A stretch of DNA of 63,966 bases, filler included, from Reticulomyxa filosa (taxonomy: Eukaryota > Protista > Foraminifera), in assembly GCA_000512085.1 (NCBI GenBank). It is 15 parts of 15 records of this genome, joined end to end, with 100 filler letters (N's around TTAATTAATTAA, not from the genome) between each part and the next. Parts side by side here need not be neighbours in the genome. Positions count along the whole stretch, not along the records: positions 27,417 to 44,844 come from ASPP01007613.1; positions 44,945 to 46,082 come from ASPP01044393.1; positions 46,183 to 61,451 come from ASPP01020636.1; 12 more parts are not named here. One strand, 5' to 3'. The notes under the pieces were generated by a model. The model ran no database searches, had not been told where the DNA came from, and worked only from the letters and a program-made list of their open reading frames with translations. This document shows, one piece after another, positions 38,801 to 52,341 of this stretch. How positions within the stretch are numbered: position 1 is the first letter of the stretch; each line of letters opens with the position of its first letter. The position numbers and the translations under genes are program-made.

Positions 38801-41800
38801 TGAGCAGGAAGTGATCGAACGACCTTATGCCAGCTACGGCTATTCGAGAGTGGATCTGACCAATCAAAGTGCACAACAATTGACCCAAGTGTTTGAGGTG
38901 GTGTTTGGACCGCAATTTGTGAGTCGCTATGTGCAAGCGTTGTATGGAGGGGCCTCTGGAGGTACCTTAAGTCCGAACGAAGAAGCGGCCTTGCTTGGTC
39001 TGTTCCCGCAATACAACGCCACGGAAATGGTCCAAGAGCTGGACAATTCCACTTACAATACCAGCGTGGAATTAATGATCGATTGGTGGATCTATTTCCT
39101 TGGCTTTGGCAGTCCCGTCACCGTCCAACGGTCCGTTGAGTCCGGGGATGGCAAATGGTCCAGCGTTTTGGGCAACGTGGTGGTGACTGATTATAAGTAT
39201 TTTGGTCAAATGATCACTCAACTCTTAAATCAAGTTTCTTTGAGTTTGTTTTGCATGTTCTTTTTTCCCTCTAGCTTTTTTTTTTTTTTTTTTGCGAGCT
39301 GTTTCTTACTTTACAAAACAACAACATTATACGTTTGACGGGGGGGGGCGGGAATAGACGATTACCAGCTTGTCAACGTGGATGGACAGTGCTATGGGCA
39401 GGGCTGTATTGTCATCGAACACAGCTGCGGAGGAGACATTGCTGAGACTCGAATACGAGGCAAAACAGTTGAAAAATGCAACCTTGGACATGACAGATTA
39501 CTGCGTGCAAATCATTATTATGTACACTGATCGACTAACCGCTTATTTCAGTGATTACAACACTATGAAACAACACATGGCCAGGTTTTCCAATGCTGTT
39601 TTTTCTTCTTTGGGATACAATTACAATGCAAATGTGCAACTGCCTATTTACTCTCAAATGGTTTGTACTCTTTCTTCGTGAGATCCCACGTGTTATGCAT
39701 GTGCATGTATGCGTGCATGTGCATGTGTACTGTTCGTGTATCAAAGGATAAAATACTCACAAAAAAACAAAAAAAACAATCAACAATAACAAAATTGGCC
39801 TTGAATTTGAAACAGGAATTACTCACCTTTGGACGACAATTTTTGGGTTTGTTGTTATTCTGCTGCATTTTTTTAATGACGTCGTTGGCACTGTTGCTAA
39901 CGTATGCCTTGCTATTGAATGACGTGGAAGAGCGTACGTATACGTACGGAATGTTACGTGCTTTAGGAATGAAGCACACGACAGTCATCCAAATCATGAT
40001 TTTGAAATCATTGACATTCAGCATTCCAGGCACGGCAGTCGCCTTGTTGGTCGTATTTTTGATCGACATTCCATTGGTTGTGTTCATCAGCAGTTATAGC
40101 AACTTTGACATTTCATACGCGTTGCCAAGTGTGTGTATCATCATTGGAGTGATGGTTGGCTTTTTGACACCATTGATTGCCATCTATGTGCCCACGAGAA
40201 GGGCATTAAGCAAGACGTTGCGAGACTCGTTGGACGTATACCACCACGTGACAAGCGATATCCACGTGACGATGATCTATCTGCAGAATTTGGGATTGAA
40301 TCCGGCTATCTTTAGTGTCGCGCTGGTATTAGTGCTCATTGGAGTGGTTCTGTCAATCGGTGTGCCCTACGCCGTGTTCAATCAAAACTGGGATTTGTTC
40401 TTTGGTATCTTTGGTGGTCTCTTGTTGAGCATGGTCTACGGCATGTGTTTGATCGCGTCGATTTGCACGATCCCATTGTCCAGATTCGTGGCCAAGTTGT
40501 TTTTGTCCTGCGGTCCCCATCGCAAGTTGAAAGACGTGGTGTTGAAGAACATATCTGCGCACGGAGGACGCAATGTGAAAACTGGGGTAATGTTTATTGT
40601 CTGTTTGGGATTTGTCATTTTTGCGGGCTGCGGCAATGCCTTCTTGGCCACGTCCACCATCGATTTCTTTGGATGGTTGATTGGAAGTGATATCCAATTG
40701 ATCAGCTTTTCCATCGACTCGCCCATTGACGACTCTGAATTGAGACCGTATCTCGAACGCGAAAAAAATAACGAAGCCAATGGCAAAATCACCGACTATA
40801 CGTTTGTCACGTTTCCAATCAGCGAGCTCGACAACGCCCGTGTCATCAACTCGTTATATTTGACAAGTTTGGCTGGTACACCGTTGCTCACCAATTGGTT
40901 GGTGGCCGTGGAAAAGAACTACGCCGAAACGACCAACACTAAATATCTTAGCGTAAAGTCGATATCGAAAATGCACAATCCAAATGCATCCCTGCATTAT
41001 TTCAGTAATGGACAACCCGATCCTGTTCGATTGATGTATGATGATGCAGGTCGACAGACCTTGCCATTGGAGCAAAATCACATTAACGTACCGCCGGCAA
41101 TTGTCAGTGGTGCGTATTACAGCGACGGGACTATGTATTGGACGACGATTGATAACTACAACAGCAAAGTAGACACGTTAATTGCTTTGCGCAATACCAG
41201 TTACACTGATTATATCGATATTATCATTAGCACTGCTTTGGCCAGTTCACTCACGATTAACTTGAACGATCCCATGATGATGCACGTGGATGTGACCACG
41301 GGCAAAACTCAGCAAGGACAAACGTTGAGGTACTTGTGCAAAGTTCGCAGTATTGTCAACAAGATTGGAGGCTTGATTATGCTGCCCTATTCCTTGTCTT
41401 TTGCCGCGTTCTTGGCCCAATTCCAAAATGCTGTCATCACCTATGACAGTTACAAACGCATCATTGCCGATGCCTATCAGCTGTCTCCCGATATCCCCTC
41501 CGAACAGGCTTTGATTCAAAGCAAACTCTTTTATCAAAGTCTTTTGGTCAAAATGAAACGAGGCTCCACCGAACAAGATTACAACGAGGTCAAACAAGAA
41601 ATTCGAAACTTTGTTCCCAATCAAGAAATTGAACTGACCGATATCAAGTATTTGCAAACTCAAACACAACAAAATATTGCCTTGACAAATGTATTCTTCG
41701 TCGTATTAGGTAAAGTCTCTCTTTCACATACACACATATGCACATAACTAAAACTAATGTTAAAATTGCTTTATTCACAACTTTTTCTTAAAAATAATAT

Positions 41801-42222
41801 TAAAAAAAATAAATAAAATAAAATAAAATAAAAAAAAAGGTGCCATTGGCCTTATACTCGCCTTTTTTATATTATGGCTGTCCTTTTTGTCCAATATTCG
41901 CAGCTCCTCGTGGGAACTGGGAGTTTACAGATCCATTGGCTTGGCTAAAGTTGAGGTGTCGCTGATTTATGTTTACGAAGCTTTAGCACTGATTGTTAGC
42001 TGCATTTTGTTTGGCACCTTTATTGGTATCTTTACGTCTTTTATGCTCATCACACAATTCAATCTTTTCATGCTGCTGGATTTGGATATGACCAGTATCT
42101 TTCCCTACTTTTTGTACTTTTCCATTGTGGGGTTGGCTTTGCTTGCTGCATTGCTCGGTTCACTTATGCCAACGAGAAGGTACAATAAAATGGTCATTGC
42201 TGATGTACTTAGGTCCAAATAA
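35817..42222 (+). CDS. Large FtsX/MacB-like ABC permease-domain membrane protein, multi-exon, with extra N-terminal TM region
   Basis: Two FtsX-type coupling segments (DVEERTYTYGMLRALGM and NIRSSSWELGVYRSIGL...IYVYEAL), preceded respectively by YVWSEIRRNNFSFFIG and VVLKNISAHGGRNVKTG. Two large extracytoplasmic loops with many NxS/T sequons. No Walker A/B motifs. Linkage of the first exons is less certain. Confidence 0.85.
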
Positions 42223-42840
42223 AAGCCAAACAAAATTATTACTACTATCATTATTGTAATACAAAAATCGCGTTTCTCATGCTTACGCACGCAAACAATT
42301 CTAAAACTTTAACTATTCATATTTGTGAGTGTACGCTTTTAACTAAGTCTTTAAAAAAACTGTCAGATCCACATTCTCACATTAGCACCATCGTATTCAA
42401 ACAATAGCTCAAAATCGGTTTGTTTATTCCAAACACTTTCTTGAATGTTTAATTCCTGAAAAATAATACTTCCTAACTGGCATGTTACAGTCATTGCAAA
42501 AACAGATCAATATATTTTTTGAAATTTTTTAAGAGAACTCCGAAGATATTGTTTAACAAACGTTTTAAAAAAGAAAATAATAGTAGTTTTTATTACAATT
42601 TTTTTTGCTGACTATATTTGAATGTTATATTTTGTTATCCTATCCTCATTTGTTAGAGTGCAAAAAAGAAGCACAATCGATAAAAACGGTCTTTGTGCTA
42701 CAAGTCGTACTAATAGATTCAACTTCCATTTTTACATTTTTTGTTTCAAACAAGGTTTGGTGAACTAAGCGTTTTTTTTAATAATAAGTGTCTTTTTATT
42801 TTGCTGCATTAAAAGAGCAAAAAACTCTTAAATCTAAGAT

Positions 42841-43960
42841 ATGGCGACTCGTTTAGTAACATCTGTTTTTTCCCTGTGTTTTTCTGTTGAATATGCAAAT
42901 AAAGCAAGAAACAGCGAAAGCGTGTGAAACATATTGACACATTCAAAACAGGCGTCCAATTTGGAAACTCGTGTGAAGTTGGAGTTTTTGCAAAATTAAC
43001 AAATGCCTACTGTTTAGTAGCAATGGGAGGATCACAAAGTTTTTACAGTGTATTTGAAAGCGAGCTTTCCGATAGAATCCCAGTAGTACAAACAACAATC
43101 GCCGATGTTCGTATCATTGGACGTTTGGTAGTCGGCAATACCAAAGGATTACTGGTTCCTGACACAACCACAGATCAAGAGTTACAGCATTTACGTAACT
43201 CACTTCCAGATAAAATAAAAATTCAAAGAATAGAAGAAAAGCTGAGTGCATTGGGAAATTGTATTATTACGAATGATCACGTAGCTTTAGTTCATCCAGA
43301 TATAGACAAAGTTTTGTTAAGAGGAGTAAGAGCAACGAAATTGCGCACAAAACGCAGGAAAACACATTTTTTTTTTTTTTTTTGAGAATTGCATGAAAAA
43401 TGTACTCATACCATAAAATTGCGCGTGACAGGATACTGAGGAATTAGTAGCAGATGTTTTAGGAGTGGAAGTATTTAGACAGTCAATTGCTGGAGAGTCT
43501 CTAGTGGGAAGTTATGCAGCAATATCGAATCGTGGTGGGCTAGTCCACCCAAGAACGACTAAGGAAGAGTTAAAAGAATTATCAAACTTACTTCAAATAC
43601 CTATTACTACTGGCACTGTGAACCGTGGTTCGTCGGTGATCGGTTCCGGTCTGTGTGTTAACGATTTGGTAAGTTTTTTTTAATTCATTTAAAAAAATAA
43701 AATAAAATCTGGAAAGAATTTTTGTAAACGTTACAATAACCAGAATAAAAAACATATTTTTCAACTTATCAAACAAACAACACAATAACAACAACAATAA
43801 AAAGCGCGCATTTTGCGGATCAGACACAACTGCCACTGAAATTGGGGTGATCGAGCAAGTGTTTGGATTGAACCCTGACGAAGAAAATGAACAAAATAAA
43901 CACATCAAGACTTTAAAAGAAAAAATTTTACAAAAATCTTTGGCAGAAGCTCTCACATAA
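42841..43960 (+). CDS. EIF6: Eukaryotic translation initiation factor 6, 4 exons (first exon 10 coding nt)
   Basis: MATR|[21 protein letters not shown]...[15 protein letters not shown]...GTVNRGS...[11 protein letters not shown]. Confidence 0.97.
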
Positions 43961-44218
43961 ATGTGTTATTTTGTATCGTGAATGCGAAGGTTCTCATAAT
44001 ACAGCCTAATTTTCTTTCCTCGTCGAAATTTTCAGTTTTTTTTTTAAAACAAATTTTAACTTCAAAAATTTGAAATAAGCCGTGTGTCGGTGGTTACATA
44101 CTTCTTTAAAAATTTCGTTTTCAAAACGTTTTTTTTGAGCATATTTGAAGAAGCAGAAAAAAAACTCTTGCAAAGGGGTCCAAACAAAAAAATTGAACTT
44201 TGTGCAAATTTTATTACC

Positions 44219-44844
44219 ATGGACAACAATATATTACAGCAGTATTATCAAATCCTGAAAAATCAAGGACTAAATGATGCAACCATTCACCATACGTTGA
44301 GTCAAATTGTGCAGCAACAGCAACAACAGCAACAGCAGCAATTTTTGCAAACAGCCCCTCAGCACATCATTACGCAGCCGTTTGTAGCAAATGTGTCGAA
44401 TTTGAGTCCACATGACCCCACAATGGCAAACTCAGGTCACAATAGAGCCAATGGCAGCAGTGGCGTGTACCAGCAGCCAAATTTGGTGCATTCGTTTGTA
44501 CCGGGCGTGAGCAGTTCGGGGAGTGTTGTAACGCACCACGTTCCGACAGCGGCAGTGATCCATCCAAGTCAATCGAATGCGAACAGTTCCAACCCATCGT
44601 CGATAGTGTCAAACCCGCCAACCACGAGCGAGGTAGTGGATGGAAGTGCAGGAACAGTGATAGCGAATCCAAGTCTCCCGCAGCGTTCACAAATCTTGCA
44701 AGTGTTATCGCAGATGTATGGAGGAAGGACGTCATTGGACAAGTATAGCGATGGTCAATTGCAATTGATATATCAGCAAGTGCAGAGTTATCAGCATCAT
44801 CAGCAACAGCAACTCCATCATCAGCAGCAACAGCAACAGCAACA
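44219..44844 (+). CDS. Gln-rich low-complexity protein, N-terminal part
   Basis: ATG-initiated, GC-richer ORF with poly-Q tracts, running into the contig end. Confidence 0.65.
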
Positions 44845-44944
44845 NNNNNNNNNNNNNNNNNNNNNNNNNNNNNNNNNNNNNNNNNNNNTTAATTAATTAA
44901 NNNNNNNNNNNNNNNNNNNNNNNNNNNNNNNNNNNNNNNNNNNN

Positions 44945-46082
44945 TGACATGAACTTCACAATTACAAAGAAATCCCATGGAGGTAGTTCATTTTTCAGTT
45001 TATTGCTGTCATCAAATGTATTTAAACAACTTCGTTTCCAGTCAATTATTAATAGACGTTTTAATACCTTTGTTGTTATTATTGTTGTTTTGTAGAACAC
45101 TACATCTACGTATATTTTATTTTTTTAATAAAGAAATATAATAACTAACTGATAAAATATCAATTTGTGATTGATTTATAAAAGTCTGTAACAGATTATT
45201 TTGTTCTGACAATGCTTCAGAGATCTCTGTTCTTATATCCTCTGCAGCACGAACTGCAATCTGAAAAGATATCCAATCGTTAGTCATCTTGATTAGATGA
45301 TTCAATATTGTAACAGACTCAAATATTTAATTCTTTTGTTCGACTTCAAAATCACCATAAAATATATCATCACCAACATTCTTCAATTGATAATATCCTA
45401 GTTATCACATACTCTTTTTAAGAGATGTGCAACATACCAAAATAAAAATTTACTTTATTTTTTTTTGGGACAAGCAAACCATTTGAATAATCCTTGAAAT
45501 TAACCACGATTTGATTTTCATTTGGTGCGTAAACATAAAGTTGCAAAATTTTTTCTGTTTGTTCAGTTGCGATTTTTATAACATGTTCCATTGCCTCTTT
45601 TTCATCGTATCCTAGATGATATTCTATTTTTTTTTTAAACAATATCATATTAGGAAGGAGGAAGAGGATGAAAAAATCTACTCCAAAATTTATAATGATA
45701 ATATTAAACCAATTTAAGAGGAATTTACCTTGTGGTTGTTGAATTGATTTTAATCTATTCAATTGTATTGTTTTATGCAGTTCAAATTAATATTGTAAAT
45801 CTTAAAAAGATTATTTTTGATTAACTGAGTGCCTAAATCTGATTTCAGACGGAGAGCATCTAGTGCTTCCATAATTCTGCGTTTTGTGGCTTTGGCTCCT
45901 CCAATTTGCGTAAAAATCTCGTCCCATTTACTTTGCTCTAAATGTAAAAGGTCTTTTACTGACTGACAGCCGTGTACTTTGTCTAGTTTGTCCCAGAGTT
46001 CGTTTGCCATGTCTTCCTTACAGGATACTGGCGTATCCAGTAAAAACGAAAGTACTGCAGACATTATATCTTTATTATTGAC
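44945..46082 (-). CDS. Multi-exon hypothetical protein with a SAM-like helical domain
   Basis: VLSFLL...LWDKLDKVHGCQSVKDLLHLEQSKWDEIF..IGGAKATKRRIMEAL resembles a SAM fold. Further short exons are separated by AT-rich introns. Confidence 0.45.
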
Positions 46083-46631
46083 NNNNNNNNNNNNNNNNNN
46101 NNNNNNNNNNNNNNNNNNNNNNNNNNTTAATTAATTAANNNNNNNNNNNNNNNNNNNNNNNNNNNNNNNNNNNNNNNNNNNNAAATAAAAACAACAGAGA
46201 CAATACACAAAACAAACAAATCCACACACCCCATTAAATCAGGACCAAGTGTACTTTTTATTCAAACCCTCAGTACTTAATTTGTTAGGTTCCGGACGAG
46301 TTTATTTGTTTGTTTGTTTATATTATATTTATTTGTTTTGTTTTAACATTGTCAATTGCCTTTATTTACAGAGTTTTACGCAACAAGCAATTGTCAAATT
46401 GTTATAGCCGATTTTACTTTTTTTCTCACAAAATTGTAATCTCTTCTCTCTTTTTGCCCTTACTTTTTCCCTCCCCCCCCCCCCCCTTTTGTTCGAAATG
46501 TCAATGGAAACAATACAAAGGAAAAGTCCCCTTTTTTCTTTTTAAAACAAAAAAAAACTACTCTCATCCATCATCAAAAAAAAAAAAAAAAAAAAAAAAA
46601 ATCAAAAAAAATCAGCACAAGATTGTAATAC

Positions 46632-47777
46632 CTCTATCAATGTCAGCTCCACGAGCAATTAAAGTTTCCAAAGCTGAATAATTTTCACGCAGCATGGCAA
46701 TATGAGCTGCGGTGACATTATCTTCTGCCGTCGCCTATGTGTATGTGTATGTGTGGATTGTGTTTCTATTTGCATCATTGTACATACGAGGACAGGGGAC
46801 ACTATATTTATTAAAAAAAAAAAAAAAAAACGGGGGAACAGTACATGTACATATACATATATATACATATACATATATATATATATATTTAAAAAATTCT
46901 ATCACTATCTCTGACTATGACCAAACTTCAATGTTCGCATAGCAATCCAACAGAACTTGGATGCAATTTTTACGATCGTAATAAGCAGCCGCGATCAAAG
47001 GAGTAAAACCGTCGAGACGCCGCTTTAGCTCGGTGTCGCATCCCTGATGGGTCAAGTACTGGACGATGTGGGCATAACCCCATCCGCTTGCGTGATGCAG
47101 GGCCGTGCTTCCACAGTTGTCGCACGTGTCAAAGCGTACGTGGTAGCGCTCCACTAACAGTCGAACGACGCTCATATGTCCATTGCGGGAACTCAGGATC
47201 AGACATGTTGCCCCCGTGCCCGCTTGTAGCTGTACAACCAAATGCAAAGTTATCACACTATTGTTCCTGACTCATGTGTATATACGTTTGATATGTATAT
47301 GCATAGATATGTATATGTACATGCATATACATATCTAACGTATACAGTTACCTCCGGGTCAATTGCATATTCATCGATAAGCAATTGTACTACGTCACTA
47401 TGTCCTCGATAGGCCGCCAAATGAATGCTATGAGCATACTGACTGGTTAAAACATTTATATCGAAACCTACGTCCAAAAGGTACCGTACCATCCGAGCAT
47501 GTCCTCGGTCAGACGCTTCGTGGAGTGGAGATGGGTATGATCCCAAGTCGCGCTCGTATAACTTGTATGCCTCCCGAATCAACTCCATCCCATAAAAATT
47601 AATAATCTCTTTCATGTCTTCCACTTGATTTTGCCGAGCTTGCATTTGAATTATCTCCAACACGTCAAAAGAGGGCAGAGGAGGAAAGACTGAATCCCCC
47701 TTTGCATGCTCAGATACTGCTTCATAGTCGCATGATAGGGCTGCAGAAGTTGTTTCAACACTAATCGATTCAGTCAT
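46632..47777 (-). CDS. Ankyrin-repeat protein (at least 3 exons; 3' end not resolved)
   Basis: SPLHEASDRGH, IHLAAYRGH, TALHHASGWGY, GFTPLIAAA and TAAHIAM...LIARGADID repeats. Confidence 0.93.
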
Positions 47778-48129
47778 GATTTATCAGTTGCTGGCTAAAT
47801 ATTTATTGATCAAAACATTAAATTCTCATAGAGTTTTTTAACAGTAAAACCCACTAGAAAACACCGACTTTTCGACAACGTTTAGATCTACTGAGTTGAT
47901 GGCTATCGATACAAGGCAATTTCTTACTGCAACATAGTATCCTAGTTAATCATCCACTTTTTTAGATTAATTGGGTCATCGTAATAATCATATCGTTTTA
48001 AATAATTCATTGTTCACACGTATCATTGGACATTTGATTGTTCAAAAACTTTTTCTTTTCATACATCAAATGGGAAAAAAAGAAAAACTAAAATTAAAAT
48101 AGATGAAAAAAATCAGTAACAGAAAAGGG

Positions 48130-48300
48130 GGTGCTAAAAAAAGGGTTGTTCCATTTTTTTATTTTTTATCTGTAATCATGTCACTAATTCAATGTCTTCA
48201 ATACTTAGTGCAAAAAGTTTTTAATTCCCGGATTGCCAGAGAAGCAATCTTCACAACAGTAGTTGAAAAGTGTGAAAATGACGATAATGTATTTTTATTT
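48130..48300 (-). repeat. Dispersed ~170-bp repeat, copy 1
   Basis: TTTTAATTCCCGGATTGCCAGAGAAGCA...GTAGTTGAAAAG is the reverse complement of sequence at 61143-61195, with a diverged copy at 50300-50445. Confidence 0.8.
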
Positions 48301-50289
48301 TTTAAACAATTTTCAATTTATAATATTATTTTTTTGTGACTTTCTTTTCGTTAAATAAAGATAAATAACAACAAAATATTTACTTATCGAGACATTTTCT
48401 CTAGTAATAATGAAAAATCTTTGAACAAAAATGCTGAACGTTTGTGTTGATATCTGTTAATTATTTATCATATTTGTTTGCTTGTTTGTCGCAATAAATC
48501 ATGTGTTAACGTTTTCCTGTCAGGTAACAAACTTTAAAATTTCTTCTTTTGGAAGAAAATTTACTAATATTATTTTTGGGTGGCTGATATGATTTCTCTT
48601 TGTGGAAATAAAACAAATTGGATGTGGTTTTGAACAATGTGAACCTGTTATGAGAATGTTTGTACAATCCATTGTTTAATTCAGATAGAAGAAATAACAT
48701 ATGCAAAAAAAATCTTGAAGATGTAATTTGTTGAGAATTTGAAACTATAAGATGTGTTTTAGTTGCGGATTATTATTATCGGATGATTTTTCAAGGTATG
48801 GTCATATTAATGTAAGGATCATATCATGCTTTTACACAAACCTCACGAAATCACTCAAAAGACTTTTTGTGTTCCATATTCAATGCAAGATATTACTTTA
48901 TAAAATGACTCTATTTGATTACCTTTTGTCCAATTAAAGAAATGATAAAAAAATGGTGTGTTCTTGTTGTCGACAAAATAGGAGTATGGAGTTAATGGAT
49001 CGTAATTTATTGTTCAGTGGACTGTCTAAACTATCTTTTTCTTTATTTCAAAGAACAAGGATAACATACGCTATCTTCGTCTTGCATATTCTTCTAATCA
49101 ATGAGTTTTGGTTTCTTTGATTGTAATAATTGATATTTTTGAATATCACTTAGAGATCATACAACATCATTGTCTTCTTCTTTATCTCTCGAAAACAATT
49201 TTGAAGCCACTAAACAAGTAATTTATTTTAATCACTTGCGTTCAAATGATTTATTTACTATTTATGTCTAGCAAACGGTACCATTTAATCACTTTCAATA
49301 TTTCGTAGTCCACATGAATTCTTTTGCCATTCGAATGTTAAAATACTTTGAGGAACTTGTGTGCTGTTCACTATTTGCAACTTCAACACACGAGTCCATT
49401 TTTCATCTTTTTCAAATTTTTCTTCGACCTCGTTGACAAGTTGTAGAGTGCAATACTCAAAGCTTTGTAACGCCTAGTGAGCCAAGAAACGTTGCGTCCC
49501 GTAAAAAATCATAAACATACACCTGAAAAGGCGTTAAATACAAAAAAAAGCAAATTGCAATTCTATCGCAATTTACGTCAGCAAAACTAAACACTTAAGT
49601 GACTAAAAACTGGTTCCATTTTTTATTTGTCTTCTTTTTTTGTCTTTTCGTAATTTCAAAGCCTGTTACACTTCAAGAGTAGAGGCAGGTCAGTAAGTAA
49701 AGTATTGTAGCTAAACGTTGCGAAAGTCAGCTAAGAAAAACCAATAACTTATTCGTGAAATAAAATACATTTCGTCATCAATTTTATGAAATAGTATTGT
49801 TAGTGAGAAATATTTTTTCATTGCCAAGGATTTAATCCAATTTCAAAAAATATTGAAGTCAACATGACATTTGGTTTGAAATTAAATGTTCAACTTTGGA
49901 AGTAAGTCGATGTTAAGTCCCTTTTTCATTTTCTCTTCTATCTTTTGAATAGCATTTGTATTTTTTGGGTAATTTTGTTGTTATATTTTTTAAATTTGTT
50001 GCGCACTGAAAGTTAGAGTCTGTAAAGACTTGGATTAATATTTAACTAGCAAAAAAACGTTGACTATTTTATGCACAGTCTCTAACAAGCATTATCTATC
50101 ATAAATTCTTGTTGAAACGAACAGCAATCTCGAATAGTAACGTTTCTGTTTAGTTGATGAAACAACAAAGACAATCATTTTTTGATAGTATATTCACAAC
50201 ACCAACACACTTCAATGCAGACAAAGTCAAACAAACAAATAAATATCATTTTTTAATTTATTACCAATTGACGACAAAAAAAGATATAA

Positions 50290-50445
50290 CCAAAATGATA
50301 GCTCTTTTCAACTGCCTTTATACAAATGGTTTCTCTGGCAACATGTGAATTAAAAAAAATTTTACCTTGGCTTTGAAAATAGGCAACCAGAGAAATGATG
50401 CCAGATAAAAAAATAAAAAATCTGAAACTAGGCCCTTTTTCATAA
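50290..50445 (+). repeat. Dispersed ~170-bp repeat, copy 2
   Basis: CTTTTCAACT...TCTCTGGCAA...GAATTAAAAA...CAGAGAAATGATG..AGATAAAAAAATAAAAAATCTG.AACTAG.CCCTTTTT. Confidence 0.75.
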
Positions 50446-50663
50446 ACTTTTCGATTCATCATAACTTTATTTTACTCATTATTAAATAAAAATGCTAAAT
50501 CTAATTGTTGCTTGCAGTATAAACAAGTGTAAAAAGATTATTACTATTTAACAAAACAATCGTTTTGTTGCTACGTGCAGTTGATTTTTTTTATGGTTGG
50601 GACGCCCCAAAATTGAAATATCTTGATAATAATTTAGTGATTTAAAAAAAATAAGCAAAGCAC

Positions 50664-51045
50664 ATGGGGAACGCAACTGAAACTGCAAAGGAGAAATTGA
50701 CACAAATAGGTTCAAACGTTAAAAGTTTTGTTTCTTCGCTTTGGGACGAGACTGACGAACAATCAAGCACAAAACATGATAACTTCAATGACTTTTATTC
50801 AAAGAATGTGCTGGTACAATTACCAGCACCAATGCCCCAATTCAAAGATCAGGTATTTTTTTTGTTTTTTTTGCATTTACATATTTGACAGTGTTTTTTT
50901 CATAAACTGAATATCAAAAGGGGAAATACTAACCTAAAATTGTTTTTCTTTATTGTTCATTTAGAGTCTGGAATGGGTACAACATACAATGCAAACTGAT
51001 GAAGAGGGGATAGGATATCACATCTCCATTGGACCACTGAGATGA
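50664..51045 (+). CDS. Small (~89 aa) two-exon hypothetical protein
   Basis: Exons 50664-50852 and 50965-51045 join in phase 0 through a GT-AG intron. Begins MGNA. Confidence 0.55.
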
Positions 51046-52341
51046 CTAATTTTTACTACATTTACCTTCATTTTTAGTCTTTCTTTTAATTGTATTTGGG
51101 CTGATTGATTTGTGTCATTTCACATTGGTTTTTCTTTGAATTGACTCATTCAAAAGACAAAGAAAGTAAGACAAGAAAAATAAACTGAATGAATAATGCA
51201 CTGTTCATCCCTGTTCTGCAAATTTATTTACACATTGGCAAGCTTTTCATGAATCGTCAATGGCATTTTCTATGTATAAATCTAATATAAAAACAAGTTG
51301 TTAATTAACTCTTTCCCTTTACGCTTTTATCTATTCGAACACTTGTTTGCTTTGATATTTTTTTAATGCTATCATTGCATGTAAGCACCCAAATATTCAA
51401 GACTTCACATACGTCAAAGTACAAATTTTTGTTTTCACACATGAATTAAAATGCTCCTTATAACTCGATTTCTAATATATTACACTGCAATTGGTACACG
51501 TAGTTTAATTACCCACTTGACCATAAAATTGCTTATCCTTTTTTGCTACATTTTTCACACTGGCTAACAAATGATATCGTATAAATTTTTACAGAATCTA
51601 GGTTGATTTTTATTTTGGACTGCAGCCCAATTTAAATGTTGCATACATCATAGTGACATAAAGTATAACATTTTAATCGCATATTTACAAAAATTTCGGC
51701 TATTCGCAACAAAAGTTTATATACTATTTTATAATAGGAAGATAACTGTGGGCAATCAATTACTTGTGTGATGTATTGTAGTTTTTTGAACCTTACAACA
51801 AGTGACAAGAGAATATTACAATAACATCTAAAGTTATAATTGATGAAATATTATGTTGGCTCAATATTTGCGTTCTTCTTTATCGGACCGAAAACTAATA
51901 AAGCAATAATATTATATTATGCAACATAATTTTTTCTTATTTATCGTTATTTAGTAACAAATATTAACAGAAATTTCTTCTTTGAAATATATGACATATC
52001 AAATTATAGTTTAGCACAAGTATTTCAAATGCAACCAGATTTAAATAAAATAATAAAAGAATTAAGAAATAAAATTAGTCGATTCTCAATGATTTGTAAA
52101 TTTTAATGATGGCATTGACTTTGTGTTGGTGTTTTTTTGCCGTCATCCATAAAAAAATAAAAAATAAAATAAACAAGACTAAACAATTAAGTAAATATTA
52201 TGCTTACATTTTCCAAATCAAAATTAAAACGAAGCAAAGCATTAACACGAAACGTGGCACTTTTCAAAAGTGTTCCTCGTTGATAAAAAGGTGTGTCTCT
52301 TGATCTCCAATCTACATATATTCTTTTTAAGATTATTAAAC

